DNA of 32,424 bases. Source: Thraustochytrium aureum. Its lineage: Eukaryota. Each line of letters starts with the position of its first letter. Within the stretch, counting starts at the first letter, position 1. Shown here piece after piece: positions 1 through 11,500 of the stretch. Where the stretch lies: assembly GCA_012862495.1 (NCBI GenBank), contig BLSG01000119.1:1-32424 (forward strand), in the 5' to 3' direction. The notes beneath the pieces were generated by a model. The model searched no databases. It was not told the DNA's origin and was given only the letters and a program-made list of their open reading frames with translations. Position numbers and translations under genes: made by a program.

Positions 1-1752
1 GCCACCGGGCCGCGCTCGAGCCGGGCCAGGCACAACCCAGGCCCCCTCTTGACGGCGCGGACGCTCAAGCGACTCCCTGGACACGGGCGGCGCGCCGACG
101 ACTTTTTCCAGCAAGTTTGGGGTCTCGATCGACTCGGGCAAGGGCGCCGCGCTGCTGGGGTCGGGAGCAAGCGCGCCGGACAAGCAGGGGCCGCCAGCGC
201 TGTGGCCTCCAAGCGGCCGCGCCAGGAGGAGCTCGTCCTCGGGTCGCCCATTTCTGGGGGGCGGCCTGCTATGGGCGCGACGGGGCTCGACTCGCCCATG
301 AGCACGACCGCAAACTACGCCGACCGCCTCGACATGGGCAAAGTCGAGCTGACCTACAACGAGGCGCTGCAGGTAGACGCGGCGGCCGCCGCCGCCGCCG
401 AGCACGCTCGGCGCAAAGTCCAGCTCGAACAGGTCGTCGCCCCGTACCGATACATGTACTCTACGCTCGAGCAGCGCGCCGACGAGCTAGAAGACCACCT
501 CCGGGAAATGAAGGGGGCCTTCATGGCGGCCCACGGCTGGGCGGCCGAAGACTTTAGCCCCGTCGGGACAACGAGCCAAAGCCCGGTCCTGGTCCTCGGA
601 CGCGTGTGCTGCGAGGCGCCAACGGGCAAGCTCAACGCGGCCTCCATCCTGCTCGAGGGCTCGCGGGCCGACTCGAACGGGGCTCGCGTCAAACTCGACG
701 TGGCCTCCAGCCTGGCCGAGTTTTCCATGTTTCCCGGCCAGGTGGTCGCAGTGCGCGGGGTTTGCCCGTCCGGGCACACTTTGCACGCCAAGGAGCTCTA
801 CGACGCGGTGCCGCCGGCTCGCGCCACCACGCCTCGCGCGATGGCGATGAAATGGGTAGAGGCAGCGGGGACCTCTGCCCCTGCCCCGACGAGCCTGATG
901 GTCGCCGCAGGGCCGTTTACAACGCCAGACGATCTCGAGTTCGAGCCGCTCGAGGACCTCTTGGCCAACGTGGCCGAGGCGCGCCCGGACGTGCTCGTGC
1001 TCATGGGCCCATTTGTGGACGCCAAGCACCCGCTCGTGGCCACCGGCGAGGTGCAAAAGATGGTGGACGACAGCCCGGTGCCGCTCACGTTCCGCGACCT
1101 CTTCGAGCTCGTCATGTCGCGCGTCGCGGTTGCGGTGGAGGGGACCAAGACTCGGGTCGTGCTGGTGCCCTCCACGGACGACGTGACGCACCACGTCTGC
1201 TTTCCGCAGCCACCCTTTGAGCTCGATCTCAAGCGGCTCGGGGTGGAGGACGCCTCGCAGATCTTGCTTGGGTCAAACCCTTGCACGTTTTCCGTCAACG
1301 ACGTCCTGGTGGGCGTCTGCACGCAGGACGTCCTGATGGACTTTGCGCGCGATGACGCCGCCAAGGTGGACCCGAGCAAGCCGCGCAAGCAGCGCATCGT
1401 GCGCCTTGCGGAAAACATGATCAAGCAGCGCTCGTTCTACCCTCTCTTCCCGGCCGGGCCGGACGCGCAGCTGGACCTGACGCAGCGCAGCTCGCTGGAG
1501 ATGCAGGTCCAGCCGGACGTGCTGCTGCTCAGCTCCAAGCTCAAGCACTTTGCGCACGAGGCTGCTGGGACGCTGTGCGTCAACCCGGGCCGCCTCACGC
1601 GAGGCCGCACGGGGGGGATCTACGCGCGGCTCTTTGTCCGGTCGCGGACGCGCTCCGAGATTGCGGACGCGCCCGCCGTGAGCTTTGCGGAGGACGACAG
1701 CATCGCGAACGACGTCGCGGCGCGCTCCAAGGTTGAGATTGTGCGCATCTAG
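1..1752 (+). CDS. POLA2: DNA polymerase alpha/primase subunit B (p70); 5' end probably outside the window
   Basis: Family motifs YRYMY, GRVCCE, KLNAASILLEGSR, FSMFPGQVVAVRG, VAAGPFTT, PDVLVLMGPFVD, FPQPPF, SNPCTFSVN, QRSFYPLFP, CVNPGRL and terminal KVEIVRI*. The frame is open from base 1 with no convincing start codon; the reading frame of the first ~150 nt is uncertain. Confidence 0.95.
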   Translation, partial: ATGPRSSRARHNPGPLLTARTLKRLPGHGRRADDFFQQVWGLDRLGQGRRAAGVGSKRAGQAGAASAVASKRPRQEELVLGSPISGGRPAMGATGLDSPMSTTANYADRLDMGKVELTYNEALQVDAAAAAAAEHARRKVQLEQVVAPYRYMYSTLEQRADELEDHLREMKGAFMAAHGWAAEDFSPVGTTSQSPVLVLGRVCCEAPTGKLNAASILLEGSRADSNGARVKLDVASSLAEFSMFPGQVVAVRGVCPSGHTLHAKELYDAVPPARATTPRAMAMKWVEAAGTSAPAPTSLMVAAGPFTTPDDLEFEPLEDLLANVAEARPDVLVLMGPFVDAKHPLVATGEVQKMVDDSPVPLTFRDLFELVMSRVAVAVEGTKTRVVLVPSTDDVTHHVCFPQPPFELDLKRLGVEDASQILLGSNPCTFSVNDVLVGVCTQDVLMDFARDDAAKVDPSKPRKQRIVRLAENMIKQRSFYPLFPAGPDAQLDLTQRSSLEMQVQPDVLLLSSKLKHFAHEAAGTLCVNPGRLTRGRTGGIYARLFVRSRTRSEIADAPAVSFAEDDSIANDVAARSKVEIVRI

Positions 1753-1846
1753 CCAGAGCCAGCTCGGCAAACCTGGTAGAAAACCAAAACAAACCGATTT
1801 TTCGGAAGAGGTGGGCGGGCCGGGCGGGCCGACGCCCCCGCCTCTG

Positions 1847-2463
1847 CTACGTAGCGGCCTTGGCGTGCCAGGCGTGGGCGGGAGGTGTCGGCGGGATGGC
1901 GTCGTACCGCGTCGAGGTGCGCGTGGTCGTGACCAACGACTCCCGCACGCGCGTGTGATTCTCGCTGCTCCCAAAGGGGACAGCGCCATCTGCGCAAGCT
2001 TGATGTGCTGCAGCGTGAATATGATTCCATAGCAGGTGCAGGCACATAGGATCCCCATGATCACGTGCCAGGCCACCAGGACGAGGCCGATCGGCAGCCA
2101 AAGCACGTTCATCACGAAGTTGAGCACCGACTCGCAAGCGTTGGCCGATGAGCAGCTCTGCACATCTTTGCCGAACGGGAAGAGGGCCAGCGACCCGAGC
2201 TTGATCAGCTGCAGTCCGAACGGCGCCAGGACCACCGAGAGGACCATCAGCACCCCGAACACGTAGTAAACCACCGCGACGACGGCGCCGCCGCCGATCC
2301 AGATCCACAGCATATTCCCCAGCCACGACACGGACGTCCTCGAGTCCTCCACCCAAATGGTCCTTTCGTGCCTGGTTTCGTACGAGGTCGACGGCGCCAC
2401 CTCCTGCGCGACGGCAGCGGCAAAAACGACCTCGCCGCCCTCCAGGTCCCCGACGACACCCAT
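1847..2463 (-). CDS. Stand-alone YccF-family membrane protein with two YccF repeats; one apparent frameshift near 1976-1979
   Basis: Two repeats: GNMLWIWIGG...APFGLQLIKLGSLALFPFG and NVLWLPIG...FTLQHIKLAQMALSP(FG). Adding one C to the minus-strand C run restores the second PFG and ends the protein at TAG 1847 instead of running into POLA2. Confidence 0.85.
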
Positions 2464-2930
2464 GGCTCGGGGCCGACGCGTAACAAACCCCGGCTCACTC
2501 GGCGCCAGCGACCGGCAGGCTCAGTGACAGTGCTGCCTTGGTGCTGCGACCTTCACGGCTTGGTCTGCATCGCAAGGGCTCTCGTGCTTTTGATTGATCT
2601 TGAAAGTCAAGACAAAGAATTGCCAAGTCACGTACAACCCTTGGTGACGTAGGTAATCTTGTCAAGAGCACCTCAGAGGGACCGGCAGGCTCGTCACACA
2701 AGGACAGCTGTGACGTCGTTGGACGTGGAGGCACGACAGTGACAGTGCAGGCCGCCCCGAAAGTGGCACCGCCATCTTGCCTTGGCGCCCCTGCTGCGCG
2801 GGCGAGGCGGGCGTCTGGAGACGCGGCGGCAAGTGTCTGGCCAGCGCCAGGCTGCTCGAGCCAGGCCAGCGCCGGACTGGTTGGCGCGGGCGGAGACGAG
2901 TTTTCCCACTTGGTGGAGAGGCCCAGAACG

Positions 2931-4204
2931 ATGTCGAGCCGGCCGCCAAGGGCGCTCATGGTCGTGCTGGGTGTGGTCGTGCTGATGGGCGCGGCGTGGA
3001 GCGCGGTGACGAGCAGACTGCTGCAGGACACGGCGGTCTCGCAGAATAGCCCGTTGGAAGAGGTCGACCCAGACGAAGAGGCTGTTTTGCAAAGCCAACC
3101 CTACCTGGTCCACGACTTGCCGTTGTGGGGGACCGCCGAGCCGGCAGAAACGACGTTTACGGTCGTGCTGCCGACGCACAAGCACGGGTTTAGCAACCCG
3201 TTCACTGTGCAACAATGGAACGTACTGCATAAATACGTGGAGGAGATCGTGATAGTGTGGGACCTGCCGATCGGCAACGCAGCAGCCGACATGGCCGCCG
3301 CGCTGGAGTCCAACTTGATTCCTGTCCGATTTGTGGTGAACGAAACGCAAGGGTCCCTGAACAACAGGTACTTGGTGCACAGCTCGATCCGCACCAATTT
3401 TGTGTTCCAGATTGACGACGACTACTTGATCCGGCCGCAGGCGATCCTCGTCGCCTTTGAGACGGTGCAGCGCAACCCGGAGCGCATTGTCTCGTTCCAC
3501 GCGCGACTCCGTCTCAAAAGGCTTGCCGATGGTTCCGTCAAGTATGACACGCACTACCCGCGGGCGGACGTCGAGTCCGGCCACCTGGGCATGACCTGCG
3601 CGGCGTTCGTGTCGCGCGAGCTCATGGCCCTGTACGCTCAAGAGCATGCGATTATCGCCTACGTGGCCAAACAACGAAACTGCGAGGACATAGCGATGAA
3701 CTATGTGGCCGAAAAGCTCCTCCGAAGCCGCGTAGCGGCCGTTGGCTTGTCGGAGGCGGCCATCATTGGAGGAACCACGATCCACATGTTCCCGCGTCTG
3801 CTCGACATGTTCAAGGTCCTGGGCAAAGAGGGCGTACGTGCAGACCCCGGCCTGTCAACGACCGCAGAGCACTACCGCAAGCGGAACGAGTGCGTCGATG
3901 ACTTGGAGCGCTTGACGGGGCTCAAGCTCGACAGTCGCGAGCCCCGCTTCCTGCAGTCGGCTGGTCGCCGTATTGTGCCCGTCCGCGCGTATGTAACTCG
4001 CCGCAGCCGGGCGAGCTTGTGTACAGCGCTAAGCGCAAAGTGTGGGAGTACTCCTCCCGGTCCCTGGCCAAACTTGGCGCGACAGCGACGGGATATTTTG
4101 CGCCGTCGCTGCACCTTAAAACGGCCAACCGGCCTATCTTCGGTCCATCGAACTGTCCGAAAGCCCAGCGGAGTGACCCGTTCGACAGCCGGGATGTGCA
4201 GTGA
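2931..4204 (+). CDS. Glycosyltransferase family 64 (EXTL2/exostosin C-terminal-like), type II membrane protein; probable frameshift near 3975-3990
   Basis: ATG 2931 followed by signal anchor ALMVVLGVVVLMGAAW; GT64 motifs EIVIVW, SLNNRY, FQIDDD, PERIVSF, RNCEDIAMNY, GLST...HYRKRNECV. The C-terminus reads more naturally in the alternative frame (CNSPQPGELVYSAKRKVWEY...DVQ*, stop 4204); the uncorrected frame stops at 4253. Confidence 0.85.
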
Positions 4205-4327
4205 TCAGCTTTGCTGCTCGAATTGCGACGCTGCGAGCCGACCGGAAGATTGATGGCTTTGATTCTGAATTATTCTTTCTTTCAAAAGTACAAAGTCGCC
4301 CCAAATGGTCGCCCAAATTGGTCGCCC

Positions 4328-6732
4328 CTACCCACTTGTCACGTTCGGATTCGGCACTATCAGCGCGGGGCTTAAAGATGCTGGTGGTGTCGGCACTCGC
4401 CCCCCGTCCAGCGAAAACCCCGGCTGCTCCGGTTCGGAGCGGTGCACAACCTGCTGCGCCAAAATAAACGCCAGGGACGTCAGGCTCCAAGCAACGACGA
4501 GGACCACCCAGGCCGTTGCCTGGAAGGGGGAAGAGTACGGGTTGCGCAAGTTGTCGACGTCAATCGCGGCGGCCAGTCGCCGCCTTGCCTTGACGACAAG
4601 CCAGCACGGAAATAGAAACTCGAGCGCGAGGCCGGCGTATGAGCCCGTGAATTCGACGATGGCGCTCACATCGTGCACGACGAACGCGATCATGATTGGC
4701 GGAATGGCCACCACGAGCGAGTGCCACAGCTGGGCCTTGGGCCCGGTTGCGCAATTGGGCTCGCTGGCCCTGGCGCTCCTCTTTGTGGACGGCCGCCGCG
4801 AGTGGCTGGAAGACGCTGCTTCGCGCCCCTTGGCCTCCGCCGAGTCTTTCCGCAGCAACTTGACGCTGTCCTCGTGGGACCCGTCCGCCAACCCGCCAGC
4901 GCTCGCTGTGCCTGCCGAGGGCGCCGAGGCAGCAGCGGCCGCACAACCTCTAGTCGTGTTGGCGCCGTCGCTCACGCTCGAACCGGTCGCACCTGGCATC
5001 GACGAAGCGAGGCTGGATGCGTGCCGCCCGAGCGTCCTCGACGCGGCGACCGCTCCCATGGCAACCTCGCCCGCTGTCCCCGCTTGCTGTGCGGACGAGG
5101 TGTCCGCGCTCGAGGCCGCAAACTCCGAGCAACTCAGGAGCGCGACCAGCAGCCCAGCAAAATAGTTGAACCAGACGATGAGGTTGTTGCGCGTGGTGAT
5201 GGCAATGAGCGGGTAGTTGGTGAAGCAAATAAACACCGGCAGCAGGGTGAGAAAGTCGCCGAGGAACGGGTGCGCGCCAGAATTGAAGTTGAGGATGTAG
5301 ATCTTCTGGATCGCGCAGGAAGGCAAGTCCGGGTTGTCCGCGCAGGCGGCCTCCTGCCAGACCCCAAATGCGAGGACCGCCGTCCCGCAGAGCGTCAAAT
5401 AGCAGACGAGAATGGCGAAATAGTCGGCAGCGAGGATGCGCACCACGTGGCGCCGCGCTCCCTCTGTGATGGGAAAGATAATCGACGGAATCGAGTGGTG
5501 GCACATGAACGAGTAGGTTGCCACGCCAAAGAGCTTTGGAAGGCCCTGCACGTTGGCTGTGGGCGTCGGCAGCACGTCACGCCAGGCCGGCGCGCTGCCC
5601 GCCGCAGCGGCCACGTCGGCTTGGTGTTCGGCCACGTCGGCTTGGTGTTGCGAGTAGCGTATCGAAGCTAGCGCGATCATCGAAATCAGCGCCACATTGC
5701 GGTACGTGCAGGTGAAGATTTGGAGGTGCTTGGTTTTCTGAAAGTTGAGGCACGACAGGGGCACCACCACAGTGGCAAACAGGAGCAGCCAGGCGTTGTA
5801 CGCGACGTCTTTGTCCAGAAAGACGGGCTCGTCCCAGAACGGGAGTTGGATTTGTTTGAGCTCGCCTGGGAACAGGGTCACGAGGGTGGTCGGGGTCGCC
5901 GACGCGTAAATGGCAAGGTCCCCGTAAAGGTACACCGCAGTAACGCCGACCAGGACCNNNNNNNNNNNNNNNNNNNNNNNNNNNNNNNNNNNNNNNNNNN
6001 NNNNNNNNNNNNNNNNNNNNNNNNNNNNNNNNNNNNNNNNNNNNNNNNNNNNNNNNNNNNNNNNNNNNNNNNNNNNNNNNNNNNNNNNNNNNNNNNNNNN
6101 NNNNNNNNNNNNNNNNNNNNNNNNNNNNNNNNNNNNNNNNNNNNNNNNNNNNNNNNNNNNNNNNNNNNNNNNNNNNNNNNNCCGAGCGCAGGAGAACTGC
6201 GTCCGCGGGCCCTCGCCGCGAGACGAGGCTGCCGCGCCCGCGGGGCCAGTTGCTTGCGTTGCCGCGGCCCGCGGGTTTTGGGCGGTCTAGCGTAAAAGAG
6301 TCGCTGCGCGGGCTGTTTTCGATTGCAGGGCCCGGGCCGGTGGTGAGATGCCCCGCCTCGCACTCGGTCTCGTCATCTTCCAGGCGGAGTTTTAAGTATT
6401 TGCCTTGCTTGTGCAGCTCGAGAAAGTCTATGGCGTTCCCTATTGACATGGACTCAACCACGAACGTGGCGGTCACGTACGAGACGTACCCGAGCACGGT
6501 CTGCGACAAAGCCGAGCCCGGCACTGCTGTCAGCCTCCATACCTGGCCAGTCCTCGCGGGCCCAGCGCGCCGAGCCCAAACTCACCATGAAGGCCGCTCC
6601 GAGCACATAGCCAGCCTCGAAGAACACGTACGGCAGCGTGAGCGCGCCAAACCCGACCACGAGGTTGAACACGTACACAAACCCCATGGCGCCCGAGTAC
6701 TCTAGCCCTTGGGCCATTGCGCCGCCAGCCAT
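4328..6732 (-). CDS. TMEM104: TMEM104-like (Aa_trans/SLC38-related) amino-acid transporter; one intron, interrupted by gap 5958-6181
   Basis: YSGAMGFVYVFNLVVGFGALTLP, TATFVVESM, YLYGDLAIY, NFQKTKHLQ, LFGVATYSFMCHHSIPS, YPLIAITTRNN, TGSYAG and NPYSSPF match TMEM104-family motifs; many hydrophobic segments. Confidence 0.9.
5609..5650. repeat. 21-bp tandem duplication inside the TMEM104 CDS (encodes QHQADVA-EHQADVA)
   Basis: ggccacgtcggcttggtgttc followed directly by ggccacgtcggcttggtgttg. Confidence 0.9.
6501..6585 (-). other. 85-bp spliceosomal intron in TMEM104
   Basis: Minus strand ATG|GTGAGT ... GCTGAC (branch-like) ... TTTGTCGCAG|ACC; removal joins GAAFM to TVLGYVSYVTATF in frame. Confidence 0.9.
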
Positions 6733-6904
6733 GGCGGCCTGCAGGCCCCCAGCCCCCGGCCGCGGGGCAAAACCGCTGCTCTCGAGGTACCAAGCGCCCC
6801 AGGGACGCGCGAGGTGCTCCACGTCGGTATCGGCTCTGCTTGCTGCTGCTCTCAGACCCACCTGCGGGTCCCCCAGAGCAAAGCACGTGGGCACCCGCAC
6901 GCCC

Positions 6905-7137
6905 AGTGACGTCAGCTTTGTATTGCGGAGGTCAACGGTGACGTCAGCGCAGGACTCTGGATGACTTGTTCTTTGCTCGCCGCTGGCAAGGTGACGTCTT
7001 TCATGATGTCACCTGAATGCGCAGCGCGGTCGAAGTACGTCATTCTGGCGCCGAAGGGCTCCTTGCTCGTCGGCATGACGTCACTCCCCTTCCTGTGACG
7101 TCACCGCACCAGCGCTGTGCGTATTGCTGATGTCACC
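6905..7137. promoter_or_regulatory. Cluster of CRE-like TGACGTCA palindromes in the divergent TMEM104/TRAPPC5 promoter
   Basis: Perfect TGACGTCA at 6907, 6939, 7076 and 7096; variants TGACGTCT 6992, TGATGTCA 7004 and 7128, TACGTCA 7036. Confidence 0.75.
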
Positions 7138-8031
7138 TCCCAAAGTGTGCTATTCGNNNNNNNNNNNNNNNNNNNNNNNNNNNNNNNNNNNNNNNNNNNN
7201 NNNNNNNNNNNNNNNNNNNNNNNNNNNNNNNNNNNNNNNNNNNNNNNNNNNNNNNNNNNNNNNNNNNNNNNNNNNNNNNNNNNNNNNNNNNNNNNNNNNN
7301 NNNNNNNNNNNNNNNNNNNNNNNNNNNNNNNNNNNNNNNNNNNNNNNNNNNNNNNNNNNNNNNNNNNNNNNNNNNNNNNNNNNNNNNNNNNNNNNNNNNN
7401 NNNNNNNNNNNNNNNNNNNNNNNNNNNNNNNNNNNNNNNNNNNNNNNNNNNNNNNNNNNNNNNNNNNNNNNNNNNNNNNNNNNNNNNNNNNNNNNNNNNN
7501 NNNNNNNNNNNNNNNNNNNNNNNNNNNNNNNNNNNNNNNNNNNNNNNNNNNNNNNNNNNNNNNNNNNNNNNNNNNNNNNNNNNNNNNNNNNNNNNNNNNN
7601 NNNNNNNNNNNNNNNNNNNNNNNNNNNNNNNNNNNNNNNNNNNNNNNNNNNNNNNNNNNNNNNNNNNNNNNNNNNNNNNNNNNNNNNNNNNNNNNNNNNN
7701 NNNNNNNNNNNNNNNNNNNNNNNNNNNNNNNNNNNNNNNNNNNNNNNNNNNNNNNNNNNNNNNNNNNNNNNNNNNNNNNNNNNNNNNNNNNNNNNNNNNN
7801 NNNNNNNNNNNNNNNNNNNNNNNNNNNNNNNNNNNNNNNNNNNNNNNNNNNNNNNNNNNNNNNNNNNNNNNNNNNNNNNNNNNNNNNNNNNNNNNNNNNN
7901 NNNNNNNNNNNNNNNNNNNNNNNNNNNNNNNNNNNNNNNNNNNNNNNNNNNNNNNNNNNNNNNNNNNNNNNNNNNNNNNNNNNNNNNNNNNNNNNNNNNN
8001 NNNNNNNNNNNNNNNNNNNNNNNNNNNNNNN

Positions 8032-8298
8032 CGCAGCACCTCCAACGAGAACGAGTACTTTATCTACGAGAACAACCCGCTGCCGAATCAGTTCATCTCG
8101 GTGCCGCGCGAGCTGCAAGGCCGCCTCAACTGCGCGTCCTTCAACGCAGGCATCATCCGCGGCCTGCTGGAAGCGGCCCAGTTCCCGGCTCAGGTCCGCG
8201 CCGTCGTCCCGCCAAACACGGACAAGGCGGGCCAGCGCAATAACACGACCGTGTACGTGGTTCGCTTCGAGCCGGCGGCCATGCAGCGCAAGCAGTGA
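8032..8298 (+). CDS. TRAPPC5: TRAPP complex subunit 5 (Trs31), 3' portion; 5' part lies in gap 7157-8031
   Basis: EYFIYENNPLPNQFISVPRE..LNCASFNAGIIRGLLEAAQFPAQV...TVYVVRF matches the TRAPPC5/Trs31 C-terminal signature. Confidence 0.92.
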   Translation, partial: RSTSNENEYFIYENNPLPNQFISVPRELQGRLNCASFNAGIIRGLLEAAQFPAQVRAVVPPNTDKAGQRNNTTVYVVRFEPAAMQRKQ

Positions 8299-8552
8299 GC
8301 TCTTGGGTCGGGGAGGCAGGCCTGCAGGTCGCGTGTCGGGCCGTGTACGGTGCGATGCAAGAGTGCCCACCTCGCCAATCGGATCATGCGTTTTGGGGTT
8401 GGCGCCAGAGCGACGCGTCTGATCAAGGGACGCACCGGTACAGCTTCGCTTCAAAACATTTGTTTTCTAAAAAAGATGAGTTTGCTCGATTCAATCAAGT
8501 TGATCTTCCTTTCTTTATCAAGATCTTGATCAAGAAGAAAGGGTAGGCCTAT

Positions 8553-11500
8553 CTATCGCAGGAAGAACGCCACGCCCGCGGTGATCCACCGCGACGGCGC
8601 GTCGCCCTTGTGCAGCGGGACGTCCAGCTCGAGGAGCAGGCACTCGCGGTCCAGCGACTTGTACAGCGGAAGCGAGACGGTGCCACCTGCGGCCCGCAGC
8701 GCCTCCACGCGGTCTTCCTCCACGAACGCCATGTGGCAAGTCGGCGCTGAAACAAGCTCGGCGGCGTCCGCGCCCGGCTCGGCCAGCCGCCCCCGTCAAG
8801 CACCCCACCCTGCCATCCGTGAGACCGGCAACCGCAATCGGCAGAGCCGCGCCCTTGAGGTCTGCCTCGGACCACGACGAGGCGAGCGCGAGCCCGTCCA
8901 TCGAGCAGCCCATCTGTCGTGCCGTCTTCTGGCGCAATGCGTTCAAAAATGTGCCCGGGTTGAAGAGCTCGGCGAGATCGAATTCGCGCTCAAAGAGCGC
9001 CCCCTTGAGCGACTGCTTGACCCAGCCGCGCAACGAAGTTCGGCGCATCGCAAGCCCCCGGATCCACTCGCCTGGCGTGGCCGGGCCTTCCCACATCGCC
9101 TCCCATTCGGCCGGCACGTGGTTGAGCATCAACGCGGCCGCGTTGGCTTGGATCTGAGGCGACAAGAGCCCCGCGCCGGAGACCACGGAGCGCAAGTTCT
9201 TGATCGCCCTGTCCACCTTGGCAACGATGCTGTGCGCGCGCTGCTCCTCAAGCAGCACGAACATAGCGATGGGGTCCTCAACCGCGGCGTCGGCACTTGC
9301 GTCCCGCGCCCGGCCCGCGTCCAAGTGCGGCCGCCCGAGGAGCGTGTCGCCCCCAGATTCGACCAGTCTCTCCCAGACCGCGAGGACCGGCTCCAGCGCA
9401 CGGCCCCACTCGTCGCGGTTGAACGAGGCTGCGCCGGTCGCTGGCGCCGCAAGCGCCTTGAGGGCCGCGACAGTTGACGCGCTTCGCGCGCGCTGCACGG
9501 AGCGCTCGATGTTGGCGGGCAGCCCAAACGTGGCTGGCGCGTCCACGTCCTCGAGCTGCGCGATCCAGTCCACGTAGGCCTGCTTGTTGGGGGCCGACTC
9601 GGGCATGTCAAGCTCCTCGGTGAGCCGCACGCCGCGCCCGCCCTGGACCATCGTGTCGTTAAAGTACTTTTCCAGGTATGCGCGGAGCACGCGGAGGTCA
9701 AACGGGTTGTCGATGCGCCCGCCGTACACCGAGTTCTCCATCAAGCCGTGGATGTACGACCAGTCCAGCGCGGCGTCCGCGCCGGCGTCCGCGCCGCTCT
9801 TGCCCTCGCCTCCGGCCTGGGCGCCCCGCGCCACCGTGTCGACGGCAAGCTGCACGACGCCAGCACCAGAGCGCAGGTCGCCCAGCGAGAACTCGTAAAA
9901 CTTGGTCCACCCCTGCGGAATAAAGGTGCGCCGCTCCTGCATCAGAGCGTGCAGCCAGGCGAGGAGAAACATGAGCTTGGCCTGCAGCTCGCCCCCGACT
10001 CGAACTGGTCTTCGGGCCAGGACTCGAACGTGCGCTGGAGGTTTTTCTTGATGCCCGGCGGGGCCTCAAAGGTCACCTTGGCGCTCTGTTGCAGCAGAAT
10101 GGGAGCAAAGTCGGCCGTCTCCTCTGTCGTGAGCCAGAGCCGAAAGCCCTCGTGCTTGTTGTCGAGCGAGTTGAACTCCTTCTCGAGGCGCNNNNNNNNN
10201 NNNNNNNNNNNNNNNNNNNNNNNNNNNNNNNNNNNNNNNNNNNNNNNNNNNNNNNNNNNNNNNNNNNNNNNNNNNNNNNNNNNNNNNNNNNNNNNNNNNN
10301 NNNNNNNNNNNNNNNNNNNNNNNNNNNNNNNNNNNNNNNNNNNNNNNNNNNNNNNNNNNNNNNNNNNNNNNNNNNNNNNNNNNNNNNNNNNNNNNNNNNN
10401 NNNNNNNNNNNNNNNNNNNNNNNNNNNNNNNNNNNNNNNNNNNNNNNNNNNNNNNNNNNNNNNNNNNNNNNNNNNNNNNNNNNNNNNNNNNNNNNNNNNN
10501 NNNNNNNNNNNNNNNNNNNNNNNNNNNNNNNNNNNNNNNNNNNNNNNNNNNNNNNNNNNNNNNNNNNNNNNNNNNNNNNNNNNNNNNNNNNNNNNNNNNN
10601 NNNNNNNNNNNNNNNNNNNNNNNNNNNNNNNNNNNNNNNNNNNNNNNNNNNNNNNNNNNNNNNNNNNNNNNNNNNNNNNCCAGTGAAGCCGGGAAGGCGC
10701 GCTCGCACTCGGCATGCTTTCCCCAGCGGGCCCACTCGCTCGCCTTGGCCCCGTTCAGCTCGAGCTTGCCCACGAGCCGGGGAAAGGTCTCCTGCAGCGC
10801 GTCCATGAGCGCGCCACGGTCAGGCGCCGCCCACGAGGGCAGCAAGGTCGAGCCGCCGCCGGCCGACTTGGCCTCGCCCCCCGTCGGCCGCCGCTGACCC
10901 TGCTGCCACCGAGCCCGCCGCGGCGCCCGTGAAGAAGGCCCACTCGCTCTCTTGGAATAGCTGAGGGCGCACGTTGTGCACGAGGTGCATGGCAAACATG
11001 AGGCGGTCCGCTTTGAACAGGGCGCGCCCACAAAAGTAGAGGACACGCTTCTCGAGCGAGGCGATGAGGTCGTCCATGCGGGCCTCGATGCCTCCCTCGC
11101 CATGCTGCTGCCGCAGCGTCGCACGGAAGAGACGGATGAATGACTGCAGCGAGAACTGGTACATGTGGTTCACACGAACGAGGCCTGTGATGGTGAAGTA
11201 GAGCTGCGACCCGGCCCGAGCAAAGGCGCGATACTGGTCGCGCTCTGTGTCGAGGCGCGCGGAAACCTCAGCAGAGTGCTCTAGGGAGGCGGACACCTCG
11301 GCGCTCTTCTCCTTGGTCTTGGTCAAGGTGTCTAGGAGCGCCTTGTTCTCCAGCAAGTTGCCCTCGCTGGCGGCCAGCGTGTCTAGCAGCTCCTTCTCCA
11401 GCTCGGACAGCTGCACCTTAAAGTCCTCCTCCTGCTTGAGCACCTGCGACTTTTGGCTCTCGAGCTCGGGCTGCTCGTGCTGCACGGTGACCCCGAGCAG

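Noticed and set aside
1273..1846. YccF ORF extending antisense into POLA2 as a 396-aa overlapping gene
   Set aside because: It results from the frameshift near 1976; the corrected frame stops at 1847.
6905..7137. CRISPR-like array or MITE explanation for the repeated palindromes
   Set aside because: The repeats are only 8-10 bp with irregular spacing, and there are no terminal inverted repeats, target-site duplication or cas/transposase genes.
7101..8454. ORFs running through N stretches (also 22566-23868 and 27648-29619)
   Set aside because: Artefacts of translating assembly gaps.
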